DNA of 64,000 nucleotides from the human T2T-CHM13v2.0 reference genome, Homo sapiens, in assembly GCF_009914755.1 (NCBI RefSeq), contig NC_060930.1; one strand, 5' to 3'. The translations under genes were made by a program, and so were the position numbers. Positions 39,920 to 52,466 of the stretch are shown piece after piece. A model generated the notes under the pieces. It did not search any database and was not told the origin of the DNA. It saw nothing but the letters and a program-made list of their open reading frames with translations. How positions within the stretch are numbered: position 1 is the stretch's first letter; each line of letters opens with the position of its first letter.

Positions 39920-40044
39920 ACATTCTCTTAAAAAATAAGTACAGTATTATTCTACAATTTGAAAAGAAGGATGTATTATTCTACAATTATACATTCTCTT
40001 AAAAAATAAGTATAGTATTATTCTACAACTTGAAAAGAAGGATG
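39920..40044. repeat. 54-bp tandem duplication with a 17-bp templated junction insert
   Basis: Copies at 39920-39973 and 39991-40044; the spacer tattattctacaattat copies an internal part of the unit. Confidence 0.95.
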
Positions 40045-40323
40045 CTGCAACATTCCAGATAAAGTGGAAAACAAAATTCTAGCTTAGAAAAGCAAAATGA
40101 AAGTGTACCAAATATGTGTATGAGACCACCAATTTGATTTATTGTAGGGGACCACAGGATTTTAATAATGTCTTTGAGAAGTTAGAGAATGGCGTCTATC
40201 ATAAAACATTGTTAAGAAATTGGATGATAATAATAAAATGAAGGCATATTCCTCACTTATTAAAGTAAAATGAAGGTATCCAAACTTCAGAGAAAAAAAA
40301 TATTGAATAAACAACTGGTTCAT

Positions 40324-40413
40324 CAGGAGGCAGAAGTTGCAGTGAGCTGAGATCACGCCGCTGCACTCCAGCCTGGGTGACAGAGCAAGACTGTCTCAAA
40401 AAACAAAAAAAAA
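40324..40413 (+). mobile_element. Heavily 5'-truncated AluS (3' end of the right arm)
   Basis: caggaggcagaagttgcagtgagctgagatc...ctgtctcaaaa; degenerate TSD aaacaactggttca / aaaactgtggttca. Confidence 0.9.
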
Positions 40414-40762
40414 CTGTGGTTCAAATATGAAAAAAAAAAAGAACTGCAGCATGATTGTAACCACTTGATAAGATGTAAGAAATTTAAATAGCATTTGTTG
40501 TAGATGTAGGAAATATTCTTAATTAAATGGCACAGGTTTAGAGATGTAGAAAATATATTCTTATCTGTAACTATAATTTCCATATGTACAGGTACAATTA
40601 TTCATTCTACAGTGAAAATGGTTATACAATTATGATGTTATAATTGTCATTAATAGTTTTTATATTTTTAAAATAATTGTAAAATGAATTCAGGAGATTT
40701 TTAGTTATATAACAAATTAAAAAGTGATTATATATATAAAATATATATAATCACATTTATAT

Positions 40763-41076
40763 ATTATTTATTTATTTATTTATTTTTGGAGACGGAGTCT
40801 CTCTCTGTAGCCCAGGCTGGAGTGCAGTGACACCATCTCAGCTCACTGAAAACTCTGCCTCCCAGGTCCCGGTTCAAGAGATTCTCCTGCCTCAGCCTCC
40901 CAAGTAGCTGGGATTACAGGCAATCTCCACCATGCGCAGCTAATTTTTTTGTATTTTTAGTAGAGACAGGGTTTCACCATGTTGGACAGACAGTTCTTGA
41001 ATTCCTGACCTCATGATCCGCCCGCCTCCGTCTCCCAAAGTGCTGGGATTACAGGCTTGAGCCACTGCGCCCGGCC
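40763..41076 (-). mobile_element. AluS (Sg/Sc-like) with a (TTTA)n tail
   Basis: Full antisense dimer ending gcgcccggcc; small internal duplication cccaggtcccggttc. Confidence 0.93.
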
Positions 41077-42175
41077 AAAATGTGATTATATTTTATTTTG
41101 AAATGTAATGCTATATTTAAGATAAATAAGAAAGTTGTGGAAAAGATTTGTAGGCAAAGTATAGTTGTTGATTTCCTCATATTTATAAATGATTGATATT
41201 TTTAAAATTGATTAATGAAGAAATAGAAGTTTTAACACATTATGTAAATTTAAAGGACAACCATTTGAACTAACTAACAATTTGAATAATGACAAGGGGA
41301 GGAATTTTTAAAAATCTACTAAATTTCTCATTTTCCAATGTATCAAGTCAGTAGATTATTTTTTAATGAAAGGATCAAGAAATAGGTATTTTTGTGTTTT
41401 GAAAGCAATAAGGTAAGCATCCTATTCTGTAAGGGCATGTAGTCGCCCTTAAAAGATGTGAATAAAGTAGTAATAAAAATAAACATTATATATGCCTTCA
41501 TTATACCAAACATTATCATGGTAACGAAGCATAAAGCATCAAACACATCATATAATATTGAAGCTTCCTGCTTTCTCTATGCATGGAAGAACTATGTTAT
41601 GAACACTTTGATAATAACTTTTGTTGAAATGAATCATATTCTTCATGTAAATTGCGTAGAGTAAGATAAAATGGATAAAATTATTGCTTTCCAAAATATA
41701 AGCAAATCATATGTGAAGAATACCCGAGGAATTATAAAGGATATGCATTATTAAATTTGAATTTTATCTCAATATAATTGTTATATGATTTTCATATTTT
41801 AAATGAGAAAAATAATGATTAGAATAGTTTTATCTTGCCCAAAGTCATATAGTTGTTAACTGGTCAAACCTAATTTCAAAGTCCGTCTTCAGATACCAAG
41901 GGCTTGTGATTTTAGATAAATACCCTAGGCACATTTTGGTCACCATTCTGTGTACTTCACATTGGAGGAAGAAATTTTCTGTGATACTAAGAAGAGAATT
42001 TAAACAATATGTTAATAGAAGACAGCAAAACAAAATGTATTTCCTGAGTTAGGTTAGCATAGAAATATCCGATTATTATTACTAAGCAAACATATAATAA
42101 GTTAACCATTGGCTTAGCATTGTCTATTTAATCATAATATTAGAGCCACAAGCTTAAAACCATTTTTGGTGAAAT

Positions 42176-43538
42176 TATTTTTTTAATTTTAATTTTTATC
42201 TTAAGTTCTGGGGTACATGTGTAGGATGTGCAGGTTTGTTACACAGGTAAACACATGCCATGGTGGTCTGCTGCACCTATCAACCCATTACCTGGGTATT
42301 AAGCCCAGCATGCATTAGCTATTTTTCCTAATGCTCTCCCTCCCCCCACCCCATCCCCTGACAGCCCCTGGTATGTTGTTCTCCTCCCTGTGTCCATGTG
42401 TTCTCATTGTTCAGCTCCCACTTATAAGTGAGAACATGTGATGTTTGGTTTTCTGTTCCTGCATTGATTTGCTGAGGATAATGGCTTCCAGCTCCATCCA
42501 TATCCCTGACAAGGACATGATCTCGTTCCTTTTTATGGCTGCATAGTATTCCATGGTGTATATATACCACATTTTACTTTATCCAGTCTATAATATTAGG
42601 CATTTGGATTGATTCCGTGTCTTTGCAATTGTGAATAGTGACGCAATGGACATATGTGTGCATGCATCTTTGTAACAGAATGATTTATATACCTTTGGCT
42701 ATGTACCCAGTAATGGGATTGCTGGCTCAAGTGATACTTCTAGTTCTAGATCTTTGAGGAATCACCACACAGTATTCCACAATGGTTGAACTAATTTACA
42801 TTTCCACCAACAGTGTAAAAGTGTTCCCATTTCTCCACAACCTCGCCAGCAACTGTTGTTTCTTGCCTTTTTAATAATTTCCATTCAGACTGGCATGAGA
42901 TGGTATCTAATTGTGGTTTTGATTTGCATTTCTCTAATGATTAGTGATGCTGAGCTTTTTTTCATATTTTTGTTGGCCACTTAAATGTCTTCTTTGAGAA
43001 TTGTCTGTTCCTGTCCTTTGCCCACTTTTTACGTTTTTTTTTTTTTTGTAAATTTGTTTAAGTTCCTTGTAGATTCTGGATATTAGACCTTTGTCAGATG
43101 GATAAGATGGATAGATTGCAAAAATTTTCTCCCACTCCATAGGTTGCTTGTTCATTCTGATGATAGTTTCTTTGCTGTACAGTAGCTCTTTTATTTAATT
43201 AGCTCCCATTTGTCAATTTTTGCTTTTGTTGCAATTGCTTTTGGTGATTTCATCATGAAATGTTTGCCGGTGCCTATGTCCTGAATGGTATTGCCTAGGT
43301 TTTCTTCTACAGTTTTTATAGTTTTGGGTTTTACATTTAAGTCTTTACTCCATCTTGAGTTAAGTTTTATATAAGGTGTAAGGAAGGGGACCAGTTTCAA
43401 TTTTCTGCATATTGCTAGCCAGTTCTCTGGGCACCATTTATTAAATAGGGAATCCTTTCGCCATTGCTGGTTTTCATCAGGTTTGTCGATGATCAGATGA
43501 TTGTAGATGTGTGATCCTATTTCTGCATTCTCTGTTCT
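42176..43538 (-). mobile_element. L1PA8-10-like, 5'-truncated (about 1.36 kb)
   Basis: 3' end ttaagttctggggtacatgtgtaggatgtgcagg; ORF2p C-terminal fragments ([21 protein letters not shown]). Confidence 0.93.
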
Positions 43539-44259
43539 CACAAACTTAAAGTCTTGAATTATATTTGTCGAGAATATATTAAAGTTTTGCAAAAACATGA
43601 TGGTTCTACATAAATATTTATGACTTTAAAACTCATGCCGAACCAATAGTAATTCACAAAAACCACCACCTCTAAAATCATTCTTATTTTTATATGAGAC
43701 AATAGCTATTGAACTGATTTTAACAAAGTAGAAGTGAAGAATATGAGACTTTTATATATGACCTAAAAAATAACATTATAACTAGAGAGTCAAGATGAGG
43801 TAGCTCATATCTTTCTGCCCAATAATTTTAAAGGGTTTTATGTAGAGGATATGCTAAATGTAAAAATACTTTGCTCTGATAAGGAGATATTAAATTGCAC
43901 TTCAATTAAAATTCAAATGGAATACAGAAATTAGCAAGTAATTTGCTCAAACGCATAATCTTAAGATCCTCTTTCTGTTTAGTGATTCAAATTTCTTTCT
44001 TAAGTGGTTACAAAAAGGCAAATTCATGAGATATTATAATTCAATGTATTTACTAAAAATGTATCACATCTCTGAGCATTTAGCTAGCTAAATGTACCCC
44101 AACACTCATGCATATCATAAATTTTCCCCAGACCATAAACTCTTGCTGGGCTATTTGACTGATACCCAGGCACTACTTGAGGCTTCTCTGAAGTTTAAGC
44201 ACCAAGGAATTGGAGGAAATCTTCTCAATGAGTAGAATGCTTAAGGCTTACCCAGAAGC

Positions 44260-45288
44260 CTAGGAAAATGTAATGGTTTCTGGGGTCAAGCCCAGGGTCT
44301 CACTACCCTGTTTCTCCTCTGAGGTGCTGCACCCTACATCTCAACAACTCTAGCTCAAGCCTTGGCTCAAAGTACCCTAGATAGAGCTCAGGCCACCACT
44401 TCAGAGGGCACATGTTATAAGCCTTGGTGGTTTTCATATGGTGTTAAGCATGTGGGTGTGCAAAATACAAAAGTAAAGAGGGCTTGGCAGCTTCCACCTA
44501 TATTTCAGAGGATGTATTGGAAAGCCTAGGTGCCCAGGCAGTAGCCTGACACAGGGGCAAAGCCCTCACAGAGAGTCTCTGCTAGGTCAGTGCCAAGGAC
44601 ATAGAGTTGGAGCCCCCACACAGAGTACCCACTGTGGTACTTCCCAGTGGAGCTGTGGGAACAGGGCCATCACCCTCTAGACCCCATGATGTTACAGTCA
44701 TCAATAGTTTGCAACCTTAGTGTAAAAAAAGCCGTAGGCAACAGACTCCAACCAGTGAAAGCAACCACAGGGGGCTGCACCATGCAAAGCCACATGGCTA
44801 GAGCTGCCCAAGGCCTTGGGAGCCCACTCCCTGCACCAGTGGGTCCAGTATGTAGAACATAGAGTCAAGGGAGATAATTTTAGAGCTTTAAGATCTAATA
44901 TGTGCCCTCTGGGTTCCAGAATTGCATGGGGCCTGTTACTCCTTTCTGTTGGCTGATTTATCCCTTTTGGAATGGGAATGTTACCCAATGTGTGTACCAT
45001 CCCTTTGGTAATAAATATCTTTGTTCCTTGGAAATAAATATCTTTGTTTTGATTTTACAGGTTCATAGGCTGAAAGAACTTGACTTGGAGTCTCAAATGA
45101 GACTTTGGACTTTTTGAGTTGATGCTGGAAGAAGTAGGCTGAAAGAACTTGACTTGGAGTCTCAAATGAGACTTTGGACTTTTTGAGTTGATGCCGGAAG
45201 AAGTAGAGATTCTTGAGGACTGTTGAGAAGGATGGTTATATTTTGCAATGTAGGAAGAACATGAGATTTGGGAGGTGAGGGGGCAGAA
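44260..45288 (+). mobile_element. MST internal region (MST-int), 5'-truncated
   Basis: aagccttggtgg...gcttccacctatatttcagaggatgta...ggagcccccacacagagt...gagactttggact; polypurine tract ggaggtgagggggcagaa before the LTR. Confidence 0.9.
45066..45203. repeat. 69-bp tandem duplication (1 mismatch)
   Basis: Copies at 45066-45134 and 45135-45203. Confidence 0.97.
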
Positions 45289-45698
45289 TGATATACTTTG
45301 GATATTTGTCCCCTCCAAATCTCATGTTGAAATATGATCCCCAAAGTTGGAGACTGGGCCTAGTGGAGATGTTTGAGTCATGGGAGTGGATGCCTCAGGG
45401 TGCCCTCCCCCTGGTAATGGGTGAGTTCTTGCTGTGTTCATTAATGCAGGAGCTGGTTGTTTAAGGGAGCCTAACACCTCCTCCTTTCTTTCTTGCTCCT
45501 TCCCTTGCCAGATGACATGACTGCTCCCCCTTCACATTCTGCCATGAGTAAAATCTTCATTAGGCCTCATCAGGAGCTGAGCAGGTGCTGGTTCCATGCT
45601 TGTACAGCCTGCAGAACTGTGAACAAAATCAACCTATTTTCTTTATAAATTACCCAGTCTCAGAAAATCCCTTATGGCAACACAAACAGACCAATACA
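45289..45698 (+). mobile_element. MSTB-like 3' LTR
   Basis: tgatatactttggatatttgtcccctccaaatctcatgttgaaa ... cttgtacagcctgcagaactgtga...aattacccagtctcag...ccaataca. Confidence 0.92.
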
Positions 45699-48338
45699 CC
45701 ATAGTTCTACTTTCTGCTTTTATTATATCGTCTCTTTTTTTTTCTTTTTCTTGTTTTTAATATTCCACATGTAAGTGACATCATGTAGTATTTGCCTTTT
45801 TGTGTCTGGCTTATTTCACTTAACATGATGTCCTCCAGGTCCATCCATGTTGTAGCAAATAAAAAGATATCGATCTTTTTTTATCGCTGAATAGTATTCC
45901 ATTGCGTATGCACACCAAATTTTCTTTATCCATTCATCCAGTTTTGGACACTTGGGTTGATTCCATATCTCAGCTATTGTAAATAATGTTTTGATTTATA
46001 TCATAGTTCAAATACCTCTTCAACATACTGATTTCATTTCCTTTGGATATATACTCAGTAGTGGGATTCCTGGATTGTATGATAGTTCTATTTTTAATTT
46101 TCTCAGGTACCACCATACTGTTTTCCATTTACAATCTCATTAAAAATGTTTAAGTGTTCTATGTTATCTGCATCCTCACCAAACCTTGTTTTCTGTTGTC
46201 TTTTTTATTGTAGCCATTCTAACTGGAGTGAAGTGGTATCTCATTGTGGCTTTTATTTGCATTGCCCTAATGATTAGTGTTGTTGAGAAGTTATAATGTA
46301 CACATTGGCCTTTTGTATATCTTAGTTTGAGAAATGTCTATAAGGTCTTCTCCTTACTTTTTAATTGGGTTACTTTTGTTGTTGTTGTTGTTGTTGTTGT
46401 TGAATTGCTTAAGTTTCTTATATATTCTGGATATTAACCCCTTGTAAATTGTATAGTTTGCAAGTATTTTCTCCCATTTGGTAGGCTGTCTCTTCACTCT
46501 GTTAATTATTTTCTTTGCTGTGCAAAACCTTTTTAGTTTGACCTAATTCCATTTGCCTCTTTTTGCTTTAGTTGCCATGCTTTTGAGGTCGTTTTTTTCA
46601 ATTGCCTGCCTAGCTCAAAGTTTTAAAGCATATCTCCTGTGTTTTCTTTTACTAGTTTTTATGGTTTGGGTTCTTAATAGATTTTGAGTTGATTTTTGTA
46701 TATGGTGAGAGGTAGGGTCTAGTCTCATTCTTCCACAGTTGTATATCCAATTTTCTGAGCACCGTTTATTTCAAAAACTGCCTTTTCCCCAATATGAGTT
46801 CTTGGCAATATCAACAGAAGTAAGTTTAGGATAAATGTATGAATTTATTTCTGAGTTCTCTATTCTGTTCCATTTGTCTCTGTGTCTGTTTTTATGCCAG
46901 GACCATTCTGCTTTTGTTACTATAGTTTTGTAGTATATTTTGAAGTCAAATAGTGTAATATCTCCAGCTTTGTTCCTTTTGCTCAATAGTACTTTGGCTT
47001 TTTAAGGTCTTTCGTAGTTCCATATGAATTTTAGCGTTTTTGCTTCTCTTTCTGTGAAGAATGTAATTTGTATTTTGATAAGGATTGCAGTTATATCTGT
47101 AGATCACTTTGGGCTGAGACTGGACGATTTATAAAGAAAGGAGATTTATTTGGCTCACAGTTCTGCAGGCTCTATAAGCATGGCACCAGTATCTGCTTGG
47201 CTTCTGATGAGGGCCTCAGGCAGCTTGGAATCATGGTAGAAGGCAAAGCGGAACTGGCATGTCATATAGTGGGAAAGGAAACAAATTAATGCTAGGCTCT
47301 TTTAAACAACCAGCTTTCATACAAACTAAAAACAAGAACTCACTCATCACAAAAGGGATGATGCTAAGTCGTTCCTGAGACATCTACTCCTATGATCAAA
47401 CACCTCTGACTAGGCCTCACTTCCAACATTAGGGATTGCATTTCAACATGAGATTTGGAGGGAGTAAATATCCAAACCATATCAGATAGTAGGGAAATTA
47501 TAAAAATATAAATTTTTGCAACCCATGGACATGGAATATAATTACATTTATTTGTGTAATTTGTGTCTTCTTCAAATTCTTTCATCAATGTTTTATAGTT
47601 TTCATCTCTTTGAATTAATTTATTTCTAGGTATTTTATTTTTTGTAATTATTGTAAATGGAATTATTTTCTTGATTTCTTTTTCAGGTAGTTTGTTATTG
47701 ATATACAGAAATACTACTAATTTTTTATGTTGATTTTGTATCCTGTGACTTTACCTAGATGTTTTATTTGTTTTAACAGTATTTTGGTGGAATTTTTAGA
47801 GTTTTCCATATATCAAATTATGCCATCTGCCAACAGGAACAATTTGACTTTCTCCTTTCCTATTTGATTTGTCTCTTTCTTGCCAAACTGCTCTGGCTAG
47901 GACCTTTAGTATTATGTTGAATAAAAATGATTGAAGTTGGCATGTTTTCCTTGTTCCAGATAAAAGAAAAAAAGCTTCTATCTTTTTCCCATTCACTATA
48001 ATGTTAGCTGTAGGTTTGTCAATATGGACCTTTGTGTTGAGGTATGTTCTTTCTATACCCAAATTTGCTGATAGTTTTTATCATAAGGGGATATTAAATT
48101 TTGTCAAACACTTTTTCTGCATTTATTGATCACATGGTTTGGTTTTCATCTTTCTTTTTATTAATGTTGGGTATCACATTTATTGATTTTTGTATGTTTA
48201 ACTAATTTTTCATCCCTAGGATGAATTCCATTTGGTTATAGGGGATGATTTTTTTAATTTGCTGTTGAATTCTATTTGCTAGTATCTTATTGATAATTTT
48301 TACATTTATGTTTATTGTGAATATTGGCCTGTAGTGTT

Positions 48339-48374
<36 letters not shown>

Positions 48375-49613
48375 GTCTTTGTCTGGTTTTGGAATCAGGA
48401 TAATGCTGACCTCATCTCATAAAATGAGTTTGGATTAATTCCTTTTCTTCAATTTTCTGGAATAGTTTTAGAAGAAATGGTATTAGTTCTTTAAATGTTA
48501 GGTAAAATTCAGCAGTGAGATCATCAAGTCCTGGGCTATTTTAGATGAAAGACTTTTTCTTACTGGTCCAATTTCCTCACTCACTATTAGCCTGCTCCAG
48601 GTTTTTTGTTCATTTGTTTGTTTGTTTTCATAGTAATTTAATCTTGGTAGGTTGTACATGTTCAATAATTCATCTATGTATTCTATGTCTTCAAATATGT
48701 TGGTTTATAGATGTGAATAACAGTCTTTTATTAACCTTTATATTTTTGTGATATCAGTTTTAATGCCTCCTTTTTCATTTCTAATTTCATTTATTTGTAT
48801 TTTTTTCCCTAGTCTGGCTAAAGGTATGTCAATTTTATTATCAAAAATACAACTCTTCATTTTGTTGATCTTTGAATTTCTTTAAGTCTATATTATTTAT
48901 CTTTGCTATGAGCTTTATTATTTCCTTCCATCTATCAATTTTGGGTTTAGTTTGTTCTTGGTTTTCTAGTTCCTTGTGGTGCATGGTTAGGTTGTTTATT
49001 AGAAATATTGTTTTCTTTTTTGACATAGGCATTTAGTACTATAAAATTTCATTTTAGAACATCTTTTGCTTTGTCCCATATGTCTTGGTATGATGGGTTT
49101 CCATTCTCATTTGTCTCAAGGAATTTTTAAATTTTCGTTTTATTTTTTTCATTGACTCATTGGTTATTTAGAAATGGGTTTTTAAATTTCCATGTATTTG
49201 TAATGTTTCTAAAATTTTTCTTGTTGATTTCTATGTTTATACCATTCTGGATTGCAAAGATATTTGGTATGATCTTTATTTTCTTACAATTGTTAAAACT
49301 TCTTTTGAGGCCTGACATATGATTGATCCTGAAGAATGTTGCATGTGTAGCTGAGGTGAATGTGTATTCTGCAGTGGCTGGATGGAAGGTTTTGTAAATA
49401 TCTGTTAAGTTCATTTGGTCTATGATATAGTTTAAGTCTGAGGTTTCTATTTATTCTCTGTTTAGATGCTCTGCTCAGTGTTGAAAGTTGAGTTTTAAAG
49501 AACTTTATTATGATTGTATTTCCATCTATTTCTCTCTTTAGATCTAACAACATTTGCTTTATATATTTGTGTGCTCCAGTGTTGGGTGCATACATATTTA
49601 CAAATGTTATATT
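45699..49613 (-). mobile_element. L1MA, most of ORF2 plus part of the 3' UTR, with a nested MSTB LTR
   Basis: Minus-strand ORF2p fragments from the endonuclease domain (YAPNTGA, DIYKTFHP) to the C-terminal region (KAGDITLFDFKIYYK); L1MA 3' UTR motif tgtgtctggcttatttcacttaac. Confidence 0.92.
47114..47484 (-). mobile_element. MSTB-like LTR nested in L1MA, with about 35 bp of one end missing
   Basis: ctgagactgg...ttggctcacagttctgcaggc...atggcaccagtatctgcttggcttctg...tttcaacatgagatttggaggg...tccaaaccatatca. Confidence 0.9.
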
Positions 49614-50629
49614 GTTGTTTAAAAGTGTATCTTACTAAATAATCATGGTACCAAAGCATTCATTATTATAATGGTGGTCTCTAATGCCTGTTTACTTTAA
49701 TACAATGACCAAAACATAGCAGTTAATTAAGCAGTTGGACATTTAATTTGTTCGTTAATTCATTTATTTAGTACCATAAGAAGTAGGCTGCTTCTTGTTC
49801 AAAATGTTACTCAGCTACAGAAAAAAGTTATTTCATTCAAACACTATGCAAAGAAAAGAAATGTGCTATGACATCAATACAGTTAGAGTGAGAATACATG
49901 ACCAAAAAGAAATAAATTAGCTCATGAGATAAGACTTAAGATACCATAATTTCAAGATGCATTGGTTCTGTAAATAATAGGAAATTATTATTTTTGCTTG
50001 TTTTGGGGAACTAACATAATTCATCAGCAAGAGAATGAAGGAGACAACACTTTCTGTAGATGTCAGTGACACTCATCAGTTGATAGTCCAACTGAGGCAG
50101 CTGTATTTCTTTTTTTAACTGAAAAATTACACTGGAAAATAAATGGAATTTAAACATCTTGTGGTGATTGGCTTTTTGGAGAAAAGAGTATCAGTGATGG
50201 AGAAAGTGGATAGAACAAAATAATTAGCATTAGAAATCTTTATTACTTTTTAAAACTTCATCAATTTTTAATGTCTCATTTTAAATTGGAAATAATATAT
50301 TGGAAATATAACAAAATATTAAACATTAAACATTATATACTTATATGCATATAACATAAAATATTAAACATTATATACTTATATGGTGAACTAAAATCTA
50401 TCTACCTGAAGATTAATTCTAAGGAAATGAACCATATGTTTAGTTTTCTTTTTTTATTTATCAAAACTATAAAAATAGCAAAACTGATTCATTATGAATT
50501 TCTCATTATTTCCCTTAATTCATCCACATTTTAATAGAAGTACTAATGCCTTTTAAAGAGCTATAAAATAATCTCATCATAAATATGATGATCCCCCAAA
50601 TCATGATTTACAGAAATAACATTAACTTA

Positions 50630-50900
50630 GGTAGACTTTTTAAAATTTCCATTTTAAGTTATAAAATATAAAGAAAACACTCCCTAGATATAATTTGGAA
50701 AATAAAGTATGAAGTAAAAATAAAAATCACCAACAATACCATACTGAAAGATAAATTATTTAACACTTTAGTTCCTTTCCTTATAACTTTTATATAATGT
50801 ATTTATGTGCTATGTTGAATACATACAAATTTTGTCACCAACAAAATGTCATTTTTTTCTGTCATTCTCTTACATTTTATTCAGTAGGAAACATTTTTCT
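50630..50900 (-). mobile_element. Possible ancient L1M 3' fragment
   Basis: aatttggaaaata...aaataaaaatcaccaacaatacc...ttattt aacacttt pattern. Confidence 0.35.
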
Positions 50901-52466
50901 GTAGCCACTGGATAAAATATCATCAGAGTGATGACAGTTTGCTCAATCTGAACTAATAGGCAGTCTTTTCAATTTTCAAGCCCAGCCCCTATTCAAAATT
51001 TAAATGCCTCCTCTAATATAGTAACCAAAATTCTGGACTTGATTTGCCACTAATTATTCTCCATTCCTTCGAGTCCACTTCTTGTAATCGCACATTGAGC
51101 ACAGGGGGAGTGGTGTCTTTTCATTCTCCTTCCAAGTAACTATCTGGTCTTAAGCCTCTGGCACTAGGACTTGAAGACAGAGGAGAGGGAAAAAAGAAAT
51201 ATTCCCCACTTGAAATGGTGTCAATGAACACAAGCTCTATGCTTGCTGTAGTCTGCTAGATACCTTAAGACTAAGCTCCTCTCTCTTGTAGTTCTCTTGA
51301 CTTGAGTGAATACACTGGTAGTCAGTTGGGAACCTTCCTTGAGTCCTGAATTTCATTTGCGCTTCTTGTTGTTGACATCCCTTCGCTTTTCTAGGAAACC
51401 ATAAATGACCTCACACTTTTCCCTTGTTTGCTAATATATGGTTCATGGGCAACTTGCATGCATTTACATCTCATCTTCAGAAAAGATCTGGTTGTGCAGG
51501 TCAATTCCAAAATAACAACCCTGTCTTGTCTCTGCCCCACAAAAAGTTAGGAGCCTTTATTTGCTTATCTGAACTTCACAGTATTGCTTTAGGTACAGGT
51601 TCTGAAAACTGGAAGAACTAAGTCATCGTTTCAAAGTCTAAACTTGTATTTTCCTTTCAATTACATATTGAGAATATGAGTTTGCTTTCATTTTCCCATG
51701 TGTAATGTCTGACTTTATATTTGTTTAGATTGTGCTCTGATTGGGATAACTAAGTATTAAATCAAACTGTCTTTGGTTTTGTGATGATTATTTCTTCTTA
51801 GAAAGTCATTGGCATACAGATAACAGATAGTCTTCTATATTCCAATGTTTATTTCCTTCTTAAACATTATTTTTCCTTTTCTTGAGTAACACCAAGTTCT
51901 CTGTTACCCTTCAAATTTTCTTCTTTAACGTATTATTTATCTGAGTTTAGTAATTAAATGTTAGAATCATTTGACGTTCTACTTAAGGCCTACTTTCTAT
52001 CTCTGAGAGGGAATTTTATTTATTCTCATGTATTCAGTTGCAAACCATATATGGAAAATTACCAAATGTATATCTACATTGCAGAGTTTTCTCTTGACTC
52101 ATAAAGGTACATTTACTCTTTCTGTTTAACACCTGTTTCTGGCCAAATTTTCTAAGAATTAGATGACAATTCCCCACCCTCCCCCAATTTATTTCTTCTC
52201 CAGTGTTTACTATCTCAGCAAATAGCTCAACAAATACCTTGCTCCTAGAGTACATGAAATTTGTATTTGACGCTTTGCTCACTCTTAGCCTCTAGATTCA
52301 ATTAATCACCCAGACATCAACTTCTTTGTGTAAATATCATGTGAGTTCATTAATTTATTTGAATTTCTTTTGTCATCCTAATTCCTATTATTGTTTACCT
52401 TGGTTATCACACCATCTCCTAGACTAGGTGAAGTTATATATCATTCTTTCTCCTTCGAGAATATTC

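Larger units (their letters stand above)
39300..41350 (+). mobile_element. Ancient L1M/HAL1-like 5'/ORF1 relic, fragmented
   Basis: A-rich sense sequence caaccaggagtcactagccatttgaggaaa; ORF1-like agcactgggtgctggaagacattacagcaatgacttt. Confidence 0.5.

Noticed and set aside
50925-51650. Possible old LTR or regulatory block
   Set aside because: The composition differs from the flanks, but I could not match it to a family or find termini.
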